The notes beneath the pieces are model-generated. The model was not told the origin of the DNA, did not search any database, and saw only the letters and a list, made by a program, of their open reading frames with translations. The position numbers were made by a program, and so were the translations under genes. A stretch of DNA of 64,000 bases, taken from positions 208 through 64,207 of the forward strand of contig JAVYVS010000006.1 in the NCBI GenBank assembly GCA_038727515.1. The letters are read 5' to 3'. Below, piece after piece: positions 31,090 to 40,662 of the stretch (the first letter of the stretch is position 1; the number at the start of each line of letters is the position of its first letter). Source of the stretch: Candidatus Methanomethylicia archaeon (GTDB taxonomy: Archaea > Thermoproteota > Methanomethylicia > Culexarchaeales > Culexarchaeaceae).

Positions 31090-32034
31090 ATGCTTCCACC
31101 AGCATTATTAAAGGATGCTATTGTATATGCAAACCTATTGTTAATGTTAACCATTGGTTTTACATTAACATATTTAATAGCTAAAATACCGAATTTTGCA
31201 CATGGTGAATTTGCTGGGATAGGGATTTATGTATCATTCACAGTCATTCAGATTTGGAAGATGAATCCATATATTGCTGTACCCTTGGCGTTTATAGTAT
31301 CTGCAATTATTGGAGTCATCATATATAATGGTGTTTTAAGAACATTGAAGAAGTTTGGTGGAACGTTAATTTCACTGACAATATCTACATTAGCTATGCA
31401 AATAATAATATCAGCATTAATAAATGTATATGCAGATTACCTATATCCAATAGCTGGTGCATATTCTAGATTATTTATGTTTAGACATATAGACTTTGAA
31501 TTTATGGGTCAACCAGGAGTTCTAATAGTTTCATCATTACTAGTGTTTACCCTAATAATAGTTTTACATTTAATTTTGACTAAGACTAAGTTTGGCATAT
31601 CTCTTAGAGCTGTTGTAGAAGATTCTGATTTAGCTTCAGTTTTGGGGGTTAATGTTGAATTTGCATGTACTATATCTTGGGCTTTAACTGGTGGATTAGC
31701 TGGTATGGCTGGAGCACTATTGCCATTATGGTTTCAAGGACACCCATATACTGGGAGTATGCTATTGACAAGTGTATTTGCAGCATCAATACTGGGAGGT
31801 ATTTCAAGTATTTATGGTGCTATGCTTGGTGGTTATTTAATAGGTTTATCGGAAGTTTTTGGAACATATTTTCTTGCACAAACCTTTGGTAGTCAGATAA
31901 CTGCATATAGAATGTTAATACCATTAATAATATTATGCATAGTGTTGTTACTAGCTCCAAGAGGTTTAACTGGTGTAATAGAAGATTTACAGGCAAAAAG
32001 GATTTCGAAAAAAATTGTTAGAATGGGGGGTTAA
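31090..32034 (+). CDS. livH: Branched-chain amino acid ABC transporter permease
   Basis: Polytopic membrane protein; NFAHGEF motif typical of LivH. Confidence 0.8.
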   Translation: MLPPALLKDAIVYANLLLMLTIGFTLTYLIAKIPNFAHGEFAGIGIYVSFTVIQIWKMNPYIAVPLAFIVSAIIGVIIYNGVLRTLKKFGGTLISLTISTLAMQIIISALINVYADYLYPIAGAYSRLFMFRHIDFEFMGQPGVLIVSSLLVFTLIIVLHLILTKTKFGISLRAVVEDSDLASVLGVNVEFACTISWALTGGLAGMAGALLPLWFQGHPYTGSMLLTSVFAASILGGISSIYGAMLGGYLIGLSEVFGTYFLAQTFGSQITAYRMLIPLIILCIVLLLAPRGLTGVIEDLQAKRISKKIVRMGG

Positions 32035-32037
32035 TGA

Positions 32038-33045
32038 ATGTTTGAAAGTATGGGATGGCTATTGGATATAATTGTGTTTTTCGCTGTATACTTAATAGTT
32101 ACACTTGCCTTAAACTTACAGTACGGTTATACTGGTATACCAAATTTTGGATTAGCTTTGTCTGTAGCTGTTGGAGCTTATACAACAGGGGCTTTAGCTG
32201 GTAGAATTGGTATGTGGTTATGTGGTATAAGAGATTTAGATTATATAATGTATAATGCTATGATTACAAGTATGATAAACAATGCTATAAAAGTAGACCC
32301 TATGAAGGGTTTAATAATATTTACTTTAACAATTTTAACAGTAATAGTTGTTTGTGCATTTATTGGTTTTATAGCATCGTACCCAGCAATAAGGTTAAAG
32401 GCTGATTACTTAATGATGGTTTTGATAGCTATGGCTGAAGCTGCAAGAATTATAGGTTTAAATTATACGCCTCTTGTAGGTGGAACCACATGGGTTTCCG
32501 TACCAAACGTATTCATTTGGATTGGTGATTTCGCATCACAATTTACAATAATATTAACATTGATAATTTCAATACTAATATTTGTATTCATGCAATTTAT
32601 AGTTTCTTCCCCATTTGGTAGACTTATAAAATCTATTAGGGAAAATGAACTTACAGCTGAATGTATTGGAAAGGATGTTGTAAATGTGAAAATTAAGATT
32701 ATGATGCTTGGTTCAGCAATCGCTGGGATAGGAGGTTCTTTATGGAGCTTTTATCTCGGCACAGTATTAGCTGCAGCATATACTAGAACTGATTGGACAT
32801 TTTGGCCATGGTTAATGGCTATGATTGGAGGTATAGGCAACAATATTGGAGCTTTAGTAGGAGTAGCGGCGGTAATCTTCATTAGAAGACTCATAATATA
32901 CTATAAGTATAGCATAGAAGCATACATACCGTTCTCAGTGGTATGGTTAGAACAATTACTCTTAGGAGTTGCATTAATATTAGTAATGATATTTCGTCCC
33001 CAAGGATTAATCCCAGAGAAACCTAAGAAGATTAAAAGGAAATAA
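32038..33045 (+). CDS. livM: Branched-chain amino acid ABC transporter permease
   Basis: Polytopic membrane protein with GYTGIPNFG and YPAIRLKADYL motifs typical of LivM. Confidence 0.8.
   Translation: MFESMGWLLDIIVFFAVYLIVTLALNLQYGYTGIPNFGLALSVAVGAYTTGALAGRIGMWLCGIRDLDYIMYNAMITSMINNAIKVDPMKGLIIFTLTILTVIVVCAFIGFIASYPAIRLKADYLMMVLIAMAEAARIIGLNYTPLVGGTTWVSVPNVFIWIGDFASQFTIILTLIISILIFVFMQFIVSSPFGRLIKSIRENELTAECIGKDVVNVKIKIMMLGSAIAGIGGSLWSFYLGTVLAAAYTRTDWTFWPWLMAMIGGIGNNIGALVGVAAVIFIRRLIIYYKYSIEAYIPFSVVWLEQLLLGVALILVMIFRPQGLIPEKPKKIKRK
32413..32519. repeat. 107-bp segment internal to livM that is repeated at 34309..34415
   Basis: Direct comparison shows one mismatch (atggctgaag versus atgactgaag) over 107 nt. 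Confidence 0.9.
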
Positions 33046-33167
33046 CTCAATATGTAACTATAATCAGTCAGTTAAATTTCTTAAAAGATTTAAGAGAGAC
33101 TCTAAAGTTTATAGTATTAAAAATTATTGAACCATTATAAATCATTCATCACCATCATCTAATCTCT

Positions 33168-33644
33168 TCACTTAAAAATATGACTCTTTAAAGAACATCT
33201 CTCCTTAACGTATAAGAACATTATTAAACAAAAGATGATGAGGGATGCTATAATTAGAATTACTCCAAATGATGATGTACCCTCATCAAATTTATATCCC
33301 TGCTCTACAACCTTAAATTTAACCCATAATCCATCAATAACCTTACCAGGAATATAAAATGGTGGAGGCTGATCTCTAATAAGGAAATAATTCGAAATAG
33401 TTATTGATTCTATCCCAACACCTACACGATAATTTATTGAAGAAAAATACACATCTAATAACTCATAAAATATGTCTGTATGATATTCACTAGTGGATGT
33501 TAAAGATAAGAGACTTATATCTATAGCTGAACAAGAAGAGCTTTTACTATCCATTAATAGTGCAAGTAAACTTAGCATATGAAACTTATTAAAATTGGAA
33601 TGCAATAAATATGACATGAGAAATATGAAAGCCATGCTCATCAA
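33168..33644 (-). CDS. Hypothetical protein with C-terminal TM anchor
   Basis: 158-aa ORF with a hydrophobic C-terminal segment (GVILIIASLIIFCLIMFLYV). No recognised domain. Confidence 0.4.
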   Translation of the reverse strand: MMSMAFIFLMSYLLHSNFNKFHMLSLLALLMDSKSSSCSAIDISLLSLTSTSEYHTDIFYELLDVYFSSINYRVGVGIESITISNYFLIRDQPPPFYIPGKVIDGLWVKFKVVEQGYKFDEGTSSFGVILIIASLIIFCLIMFLYVKERCSLKSHIFK

Positions 33645-33796
33645 AATAATGTTATTTTTAAGCTTAACTACTTAAGATATTTAATATTTAGTAAATGATT
33701 TAACCTTAACTTCAAATTGGCACTACATGGTTAGATGATTAGATTCTTATACGGTAAACCTTAAATACCTACCTATTATTACTACATTTACTAAGA

Positions 33797-33928
33797 ATGG
33801 AAGTGCAAGAGATAAAGAAGGAAATAGAGAAATTAAAGGATGTATTCGCTAAATTCAATAAGGAATTCATTGTTAAGAGCATTAGGGAGGATAGAGAGGA
33901 AATTGAAACAAGAAAGCTATCTCTTTGA
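33797..33928 (+). CDS. Small coiled-coil protein, putative antitoxin partner of the downstream PIN gene
   Basis: Own translation: MEVQEIKKEIEKLKDVFAKFNKEFIVKSIREDREEIETRKLSL. Its 3' end overlaps the start of the PIN reading frame, which is the typical vapBC arrangement. Confidence 0.4.
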   Translation: MEVQEIKKEIEKLKDVFAKFNKEFIVKSIREDREEIETRKLSL

Positions 33929-34309
33929 TGCATCATCAATATTTGAAGCTATATCAAGAAATAGAATTGAATTACTAGTGAAAAATTATACTATGAATTA
34001 GCTAAATATGAGCTTATCAATATATTATGGAAGCGTCTTTTCTTAGAAAGGGATGTAAGTAAAGAAGAATGTGACCATATAATTGAAATCATTAAAAATA
34101 CACTTAAATTAATGCATCTCCTAAACATAAACTGTAATGAAAAAGAAACATTTGATTTAGCGTCCAAACTTGAAATAACAATTTATGATGCATCATACGT
34201 ATATTACGCGAAGAGGTTAAACTTAAAACTCGTAACAGAAGACCAAAAACTTAAAAGGAAAATTGAAAATTACATTAAAGTTTGCAGCATAGAAGAAATT
34301 CTTGAATGA
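33903..34309 (+). pseudogene. vapC: PIN-domain toxin (VapC-like) interrupted by a single-base frameshift in an A5 run (or a sequencing error)
   Basis: Frame 1 from TTG 33903 reads MKQESYLFDASSIFEAISRNRIELLVKNYTMN and stops at 33999-34001. The shifted frame continues YELAKYELINILWK...ITIYDASYVYYAKRLNLKLVTEDQKL. One extra A in the run at 33981-33985 restores a ~134-aa PIN protein. Confidence 0.65.
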
Positions 34310-34415
34310 TGATGGTTTTGATAGCTATGACTGAAGCTGCAAGAATTATAGGTTTAAATTATACGCCTCTTGTAGGTGGAACCACATGGGTTTCCGTACC
34401 AAACGTATTCATTTG
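34309..34415. repeat. Displaced copy of the livM internal segment 32413..32519 (direct orientation)
   Basis: 106 of 107 nt identical. It starts at the last base of the vapC stop codon, and similarity to livM ends abruptly on both sides. Confidence 0.9.
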
Positions 34416-34461
34416 AATTTAGCGTTTCCCCATAAAAACTTAAGAAAGTATGTGGAAAGTT

Positions 34462-34909
34462 TCATCTAACTTCTTCTCTTAGAAATCTTATGTATGATAA
34501 TGCTAGGAATACTATTAGTATGGATGTTATGATTGCTAAATTTGGCCATGAAAGTGATAAGCTATCATATAATGGTATTGGTTTAAATGCTGAATATCTT
34601 ATAAACATGCTGAAGGGTTCTATTGAGAATTTTGCATTCAAAATATTCTTACTAAATGTTTGATAATGTTGATCTGGTGTTAACATTCTTATTACTGTAA
34701 TAACTTTTATTCTTGTTTCACTATATATTTTCTAGTACCATTGCTCCAATAGCGCTTGAAGCATTATAAATCAATTGTGTAAATGTTAACCATACAAGTA
34801 TTGATATCAGTAGTGACATGGATGAATTCTTTGTGGTTATTGATGTAAATATGCTTATAGCCATATACATTAAGAGCAGGTGATACTGTAGATTATACGA
34901 AAATTGCAT
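34462..34909 (-). pseudogene. Possible remnants of a membrane permease gene (ABC-2-like), two short ORFs
   Basis: Track ORFs 34462..34686 and 34721..34909 encode hydrophobic fragments without a complete gene. Strand and identity are uncertain. Confidence 0.25.
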
Positions 34910-35042
34910 TCCAGATAGTTGAATATGGGTTTAAACTATTTGATTTAGGGTTTATTAACATTTTTAGTATAATTCTAGCTTTAATATGTGTGTTTTCAAC
35001 AGTCTTCATAATATATAAGCTACGTTTTAGAAAGTCCTATTA
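34861..35042 (+). pseudogene. Orphan 3' gene fragment encoding a C-terminal TM anchor, with no start codon
   Basis: Own translation: PYTLRAGDTVDYTKIAFQIVEYGFKLFDLGFINIFSIILALICVFSTVFIIYKLRFRKSY-stop. An in-frame stop lies immediately upstream (34858-34860) and there is no ATG/GTG/TTG. Confidence 0.3.
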
Positions 35043-35074
35043 AAGCAGAAAAAGAATATGTGTTGATGATTTGT

Positions 35075-35539
35075 TTAACCAGTCTTTTGTATTACTGTGA
35101 TGCTTCTAATAATTATTTGTGTTACAATCCCCTTTTCCATGTCCACTACTACTTGTGCAAATTCGCCTTTACCCTTCGTCAATAGTATTATTGCTCCTGT
35201 AGCTTTTAATGTTACTGTTCCATCTCCTTGAACAACCATTTTTATTACTGGTCTAATATTGGTTACATTATATCCTTGTGAAATTAGGTTTTGTACATCG
35301 CTATCACTTAAAGCAATATTTAACGCTTTTTCTTTGAATTCGTCGCTGATTTCAATAATGAATCCCTTCAACTTTTTATTCATTACTGGTGGGCAAATGT
35401 TTTGTTGCACATTATTATTCCACATCCACTTATACTGTTGCTTCCATACATATCCTGCATATACAGTTGTTAATCCTATGCCTACCAATGCTAGCACTAG
35501 CAAACTTAACAATACTATTTTCTTCATATATTCCACCAA
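35075..35539 (-). CDS. Hypothetical secreted or membrane-anchored protein
   Basis: N-terminal signal/anchor KKIVLLSLLVLALVGIGLTTVYA followed by a soluble domain. Confidence 0.5.
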   Translation of the reverse strand: MVEYMKKIVLLSLLVLALVGIGLTTVYAGYVWKQQYKWMWNNNVQQNICPPVMNKKLKGFIIEISDEFKEKALNIALSDSDVQNLISQGYNVTNIRPVIKMVVQGDGTVTLKATGAIILLTKGKGEFAQVVVDMEKGIVTQIIIRSITVIQKTG

Positions 35540-35668
35540 TATATTACCACTCCCCCGTTTTATTTAAGGTATATTTTGATTAATGTTTTCCATAAAGTGT
35601 GGAAAATGTGTTTCAATATTGAAAAGCATTATATCTTCATGTTACACTATTTATTTGGAGATTTCATT

Positions 35669-36511
35669 ATGAGTTTGAATATTACTGTTTTCTCTGATAA
35701 TTATGTTTCTATGAGGAGTAGGGGTTGTTGGGCTCAGCATGGTCTTGGAATCTTCTTAGAAGCTATATTTGATGATACGCGGTTAAATATTATTTTTGAT
35801 GCTGGTCCTTCAAGTGATATTGTTAAACATAATCTTGATGTTTTAAATCTCGATTTAAGTATGGTTAATGCAATAATTATTAGTCATGGACATCATGATC
35901 ATACTGGAGGTTTAATTGAAATTATTAAACGAATTGGTAAAAGAGTTCCAATAATTACTCATCCAAAAACATTTTCACGTAGATTTGCTAAAAGAGATCT
36001 TAGAGTTGTGGGGGTTCCATTTACTAAAACTGATATTGAAAATTCGAGTGGAATTATCGTTTCATGTAGAAATAGTTTTGATATTGCTGGGAGAATTTTT
36101 GTTACTGGTGAAATTGATAGAATTAATGATTTTGAAAAGGTTGAAGGTTATGTTATTGAAGAAGATAATATTCTTGTGGATGATCATATAATTGATGATA
36201 GAGCTCTCATAGTGGATCTTAATGGTGAACATGTTTTAATAACTGGTTGTGCACATTCAGGTTTAATAAATACCATTAATTATGCAATTAAAAATTATGG
36301 TGTTAAAAAGTTTAAAGCCATAATTGGAGGCTTCCATTTAGAGGGTGCATCAGATGAAAAGATTAATAGAACCATAAATGAACTTAAAAATATAAATTTT
36401 GAATATATTGTTCCAATGCACTGCACAGGAATTAAAATGATTTCAGCATTAATAAATAGTTTTGGGAAAAAAGTTAAGATTATAAGTGTAGGTGAAACCC
36501 TTAAACTTTAA
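35669..36511 (+). CDS. MBL-fold metallo-hydrolase
   Basis: HGHHDHTGG motif plus a later CAHSG and PMHCTG. The ATG at 35669 (MSLNITVF) is preferred over the track start at 35576. Confidence 0.75.
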   Translation: MSLNITVFSDNYVSMRSRGCWAQHGLGIFLEAIFDDTRLNIIFDAGPSSDIVKHNLDVLNLDLSMVNAIIISHGHHDHTGGLIEIIKRIGKRVPIITHPKTFSRRFAKRDLRVVGVPFTKTDIENSSGIIVSCRNSFDIAGRIFVTGEIDRINDFEKVEGYVIEEDNILVDDHIIDDRALIVDLNGEHVLITGCAHSGLINTINYAIKNYGVKKFKAIIGGFHLEGASDEKINRTINELKNINFEYIVPMHCTGIKMISALINSFGKKVKIISVGETLKL

Positions 36512-36594
36512 ATCAAATTTTACAATTGTAAGTTTATGCTACAATATGTAGTTATTTGTAGAGTTATCTTGAAATTTAAATAAATTTTTAAGTT

Positions 36595-36888
36595 TTATGA
36601 AATCTTTTTGTATACAATATCCTTCTCTCTAACTCTTTGATTAACCTTTAAACCTATAAGTTGACCGGCTTCGGCTCTTTCAACATTTTTATGTTGAATC
36701 TGCATAGATTCAACTATCTGCTCAAAATTTGTACTCGCCCCTTTAATTACTATTTTATCTCCAACTGATAATGGTGCACTTAATTCAACAATAGCAACAC
36801 TTATACGTGGATAGAAATGGATTACACGACCTACATGAATAAGTTTTTCTTCACTCAAAATCTCAACCAAATACTCTATGCTCTTCAT
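36595..36888 (-). CDS. Small beta-barrel protein resembling EF-Tu domain 2 (translation-factor-like)
   Basis: GRVIHFYPRISVAIVELSAPLSVGDKIVIKG...ERAEAGQLIGLKV pattern. Function unknown. Confidence 0.5.
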   Translation of the reverse strand: MKSIEYLVEILSEEKLIHVGRVIHFYPRISVAIVELSAPLSVGDKIVIKGASTNFEQIVESMQIQHKNVERAEAGQLIGLKVNQRVREKDIVYKKIS

Positions 36889-37005
36889 TAATTAATAAAT
36901 ATTTTGAAAATTTAATGAATTTCTATGGTAAGCTTAAACTGGTAAAACTAAATCAATACGTTGAAGATAGAAAGAATTAAATATATTAATTTTTAATTAA
37001 TGGCT

Positions 37006-37668
37006 TTATATTAGCTTTAACCCCATGACCTTTGGACTATTATCGTATACTTCTTTAACATTTAATATTAAGCATGGTCTATCCAATCTAGCTTGTGGTG
37101 GAGTGTAATGAAATGCATCATGAACCAAATTTACAAATTCATAATATGGCCCTTCAGTATGGATTTCTATTTCACCATGGATTTCAAAACTTATGTTTGG
37201 AGGCATATAGTAGAGTAAACAAGCATGTCTATTACTTTGAAGGTTAATCCAAGTATGTTTAGATGAATTAGATCTACGTTTAGCTAATTCTAGAGTTGAA
37301 ATTTTAGTGAAATCTACACGTTTATAAGCTTCTTCCTCCTCTTCAAAATATAATATCTCAAGTAATAATTTAATTCCCTCTTTAGCGTAATCACTTCTAC
37401 TCATAGTTTCACCACGATCTAAATGTTCCCTGAGCTTCTCTATAGCTTCACTTAGAAATTCAGGTTTTAAAACGAATCCTGCACCAACAACTTTAGCATT
37501 AACAAAAATCTTTTCGTCAATAATACTTGCAGTAGCAAGAATAGGTGTATGCCTCATCATATTAATTAAGAAATCAGTACCACTTGGAATTCCCTCAATC
37601 AACTGCTTCTTTAAAACTTTAACTCTACCAAAATATCCCCAATTAATAAATTCCTTAGGCAACATCAA
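37006..37668 (-). CDS. Hypothetical protein
   Basis: 220-aa ORF. The C-terminal part is faintly reminiscent of an FMN-binding split barrel, but this is not supported further. Confidence 0.45.
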   Translation of the reverse strand: MMLPKEFINWGYFGRVKVLKKQLIEGIPSGTDFLINMMRHTPILATASIIDEKIFVNAKVVGAGFVLKPEFLSEAIEKLREHLDRGETMSRSDYAKEGIKLLLEILYFEEEEEAYKRVDFTKISTLELAKRRSNSSKHTWINLQSNRHACLLYYMPPNISFEIHGEIEIHTEGPYYEFVNLVHDAFHYTPPQARLDRPCLILNVKEVYDNSPKVMGLKLI

Positions 37669-38006
37669 TAATACATAAACAACAACATTATTTATTGCTT
37701 TTTGACAATTAATACATCTATTAATGTGTTAAGCGTTATCTTTTTTATACTTTCTTATAACTTCATATGTAGCATTTATTGTCAATGATAGTATGAATAT
37801 TATAAGCCCAACGTATATTTTATCGTATTCAAATAATTTCTTTATTTGTAATTTATCAAAGATTTGTCAATTCATTTTAAATAGTTTTCATTAAGATGTA
37901 ATTGCAAGTTATGAATATTTAAGTCTGATATGCCTATTAATGTTTAAATAAGTTTTTATCAAACTTTTATTGATTATTGGTAGTTTGTTAAAGTTTCTCC
38001 ACTTAA

Positions 38007-38360
38007 CTATTTTTTAAATATTGTAGATGTTTCTCCTTCGAATATTGTATTCATTATGTTAATTATTTTTTTCATACTTTTACTTTTTATTTCTGTTAGT
38101 ATTCTTTCTCCTAGTTCTGTTATTTTATAGTATTTTTCTGATTGTTGTGTGATGAAGCTTTCTATGAGCTTTTTATTTTCTAGTTCTGTTAGTATGTCGT
38201 GTATTGTGCTTAAGCTTGGTTTCTTATCTGTTAGTTTTTGTATTGCTTTTATTATTTGGTATCCCGTCATCATTGATTTTTGGAGTAATGCCAGTATTAG
38301 TAGCCTTAATGCTCCCCTTAGAAGCATCCATTCTATTTCTAATAGTTCTATTCCACTCAT
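38007..38360 (-). CDS. PadR family transcriptional regulator
   Basis: LRGALRLLILALLQKSMMTGYQIIKAIQKLT...PSLSTIHDILTELENKKLIES winged-helix pattern. Its ATG overlaps the stop of the upstream radical SAM gene (ATGA). Confidence 0.75.
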   Translation of the reverse strand: MSGIELLEIEWMLLRGALRLLILALLQKSMMTGYQIIKAIQKLTDKKPSLSTIHDILTELENKKLIESFITQQSEKYYKITELGERILTEIKSKSMKKIINIMNTIFEGETSTIFKK

Positions 38361-39814
38361 GTACTTCCACTTTCCATAGTTATGTATTCATTGTATAATT
38401 TATTTATCTTTTGCCAATATTCTATGTTTATTTTGCATCCAGGGTCTGGTCCTTGTAGATCGTTGAAGTATGCGTAGGCTCTTGCTCTACATCCACCACA
38501 AATATATTTGTATTGGCATTGTCCGCATCCTTTAAATTCATTTCTATCTCTAATCTTTAATAGTATTGGTGAATTTCTCCATAAATCTATGAGTTTATCC
38601 CTCTTTATATTACCAATTTTTATTGGTATGAATACGCATGGTGTTACATCTCCATTGGGTTCTAATGCACAATATAATCTTCCAGCTCCACATCCACCAA
38701 TAAATTCAGCTAATGCTCTTGCTTTTCCTCTAAGTAGTTCCATTGCTGATTTATTTGAGAAGTGTGTTGCCATTAATGGTCCATTTCCAAAATTCACTGA
38801 TACTACTGAGTATTGTGGTGCTGTTGAGAAGGTTTGTATTCTACAATTTGGTTGAATTAGTTTTCCATATAGATATGTTAAGATTTCTTCTCTTTCTTCA
38901 GGAGTTAAATCCATATTAATGATGTTTCTTCCTCTACCTACTGGTATAAAGTTGAATGCTATAAATCTCTTTACACCTATATCTTCAAGTATCTCTATTA
39001 ATCTTGGTATCTCCTTTATATTGTTTCTAGTTATTGTTGTTGCAACTCCAACATCTAATCCTACTTTTATGCAATTCAATATTCCATCTACACTTTTCCT
39101 CCAAGCACCTTTTAAACCTCTAAAATTATCATGTGTTTCTTCCAATCCATCTAATGATATTTCAACGTACTGAACTCCTGAATCTTTAAGTTTCATTGCA
39201 GTTTCATAATTTATTAATGTTCCATTTGTAGCTATTGATATATAGAATTCCCTTTCATATGCATATTTTGAAACTTCATAGAAGTCTTTTCTCATTAATG
39301 GTTCTCCACCTGAAAATGCTATTGCCACAACCCCTGCTTCTTCAAATTGATCTATAACTCTTTTTGCTTCGATGGTGTTTAACTCATCTTCATCTGGTTT
39401 TTTACTTGCATTTTCATAGCAGTGTTTGCATTGTAGATTGCATTGTCTAGTGTAATTCCAAACCACTAGGAATGGTGCTATTGTAATTTGTGGTTTCTCT
39501 ACACCATAAGTTGCTATTCCACCTAGTATGTTTGATATTGCTCTCCTAATTAATGGGTTCTTCATAGCCTCTTTTAATTCTCCCTCATTTAATCCAAAAC
39601 TTTTTGCTCCAATACTCAATACTGTTTTTATCGTTTGATACTTTATTTCCTCACTTAAACTTAACTTTACATTCATATCTGCATATTTCTTTAATATTTT
39701 GTTGAAGGATTCTGGATTTCCATTATAAATCTTCTTTAATATCATTCTTGATACTGGATTTCCAATCCATGTTTTTACTGTATCCACTACTGCTTCTACT
39801 TCCCTCATTTCCAT
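38357..39814 (-). CDS. Radical SAM protein with C-terminal SPASM domain and N-terminal helical extension (paralog 2)
   Basis: CNLQCKHCY, GGEPL and CGAGRLYC...CGQCQYKYICGGCRARA. Collinear with the 1563..3068 product along its whole length. Confidence 0.85.
   Translation of the reverse strand: MEMREVEAVVDTVKTWIGNPVSRMILKKIYNGNPESFNKILKKYADMNVKLSLSEEIKYQTIKTVLSIGAKSFGLNEGELKEAMKNPLIRRAISNILGGIATYGVEKPQITIAPFLVVWNYTRQCNLQCKHCYENASKKPDEDELNTIEAKRVIDQFEEAGVVAIAFSGGEPLMRKDFYEVSKYAYEREFYISIATNGTLINYETAMKLKDSGVQYVEISLDGLEETHDNFRGLKGAWRKSVDGILNCIKVGLDVGVATTITRNNIKEIPRLIEILEDIGVKRFIAFNFIPVGRGRNIINMDLTPEEREEILTYLYGKLIQPNCRIQTFSTAPQYSVVSVNFGNGPLMATHFSNKSAMELLRGKARALAEFIGGCGAGRLYCALEPNGDVTPCVFIPIKIGNIKRDKLIDLWRNSPILLKIRDRNEFKGCGQCQYKYICGGCRARAYAYFNDLQGPDPGCKINIEYWQKINKLYNEYITMESGST
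38623..38712. repeat. 90-nt tract identical to 1886..1975
   Basis: See the partner feature at 1886..1975. Encodes EFIGGCGAGRLYCALEPNGDVTPCVFIP with no synonymous differences. Confidence 0.9.
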
Positions 39815-39864
39815 CTATATTTATAGGTTTAGTTCTTCTATATATTCGTTTTTCGAATGATAAT

Positions 39865-40662
39865 TTACTTTAAATCTTTAGATAATCTATATTCAGTATC
39901 ATGTATTTTAAATTCTTCTTCAATCATCCCCACTATAAACATCCTCTTTGTTGAATCAATTGGTATTATTATTTCATTTACACCTTTATCCTTTGCATAC
40001 TTCTTCAACCAATTTAAAACTACTTTTAATGAAGTTTGTGGTTCACTATATGATACAGCTAAATAATCTATGTATAACGATTTCTCTGGTTTAAATTCTA
40101 CTGCTCCACAAAATCTATCTTCTAAGTATATTAGATATGCATCTTCACATTTATAGTACTTATATATCTCTAGGTCTGCCTTTTCCGTTACAGTACTCCA
40201 CCATGTTAATGGAATTCCATCGATCTTCTTAAGCTCTTCATTTGAAACTTTAAAACATCTAACTTTAACATTATTTACAGCTCTCCCTTCATTTAGACTC
40301 CACTTCATTAATATTGTTACTCCATCTATTACGTATCCATTCTTTAAATAGAAGGATAATGCTTTCAAATTACTATTTTTAACGTTCAACCTTACCTTCT
40401 CAATACCCTTTCTATAAAGTATCTTCTCAGCTTCATTTAGAAGTCTACTTCCAATACCCATACCTCTAAACTCCGATTTTACAGCTATGGCCTCTATATA
40501 TCCCTTACCTAAACTATAGTATAAGTGTATGAATCCGGTGATCTCTTGATCTAAACATGCAACTAAAAGTATGTTTTGCTTTTTATTCGCCATAACTATA
40601 CTTTTGTACCATTCTTCATCTGCATCATCTAACTCCCTTATACTCTCACGATAAACATTCAT
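39865..40662 (-). CDS. GNAT family N-acetyltransferase (two-domain)
   Basis: Acetyl-CoA motif IAVKSEFRGMGIGSRLLNEAEK. The reading frame stays open upstream of the ATG (LKNLIIREARIEDLNGI), so the true 5' end is uncertain. Confidence 0.75.
   Translation of the reverse strand: MNVYRESIRELDDADEEWYKSIVMANKKQNILLVACLDQEITGFIHLYYSLGKGYIEAIAVKSEFRGMGIGSRLLNEAEKILYRKGIEKVRLNVKNSNLKALSFYLKNGYVIDGVTILMKWSLNEGRAVNNVKVRCFKVSNEELKKIDGIPLTWWSTVTEKADLEIYKYYKCEDAYLIYLEDRFCGAVEFKPEKSLYIDYLAVSYSEPQTSLKVVLNWLKKYAKDKGVNEIIIPIDSTKRMFIVGMIEEEFKIHDTEYRLSKDLK

Noticed and set aside
32413-34415. Calling the repeat-bracketed segment an active integrative element or transposon
   Set aside because: It has no integrase, transposase or terminal inverted repeats, and the sequence to the right of the second repeat copy does not continue livM. 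Only a remnant or rearrangement interpretation is defensible.
37669-38006. Precursor-peptide ORF for the radical SAM/SPASM enzyme in the 340-bp spacer
   Set aside because: The only sizeable open frame (minus strand, ending ...RKYKKDNA) has no ATG/GTG/TTG start. Other frames are shorter than 20 codons with no Cys/Gly-rich core.
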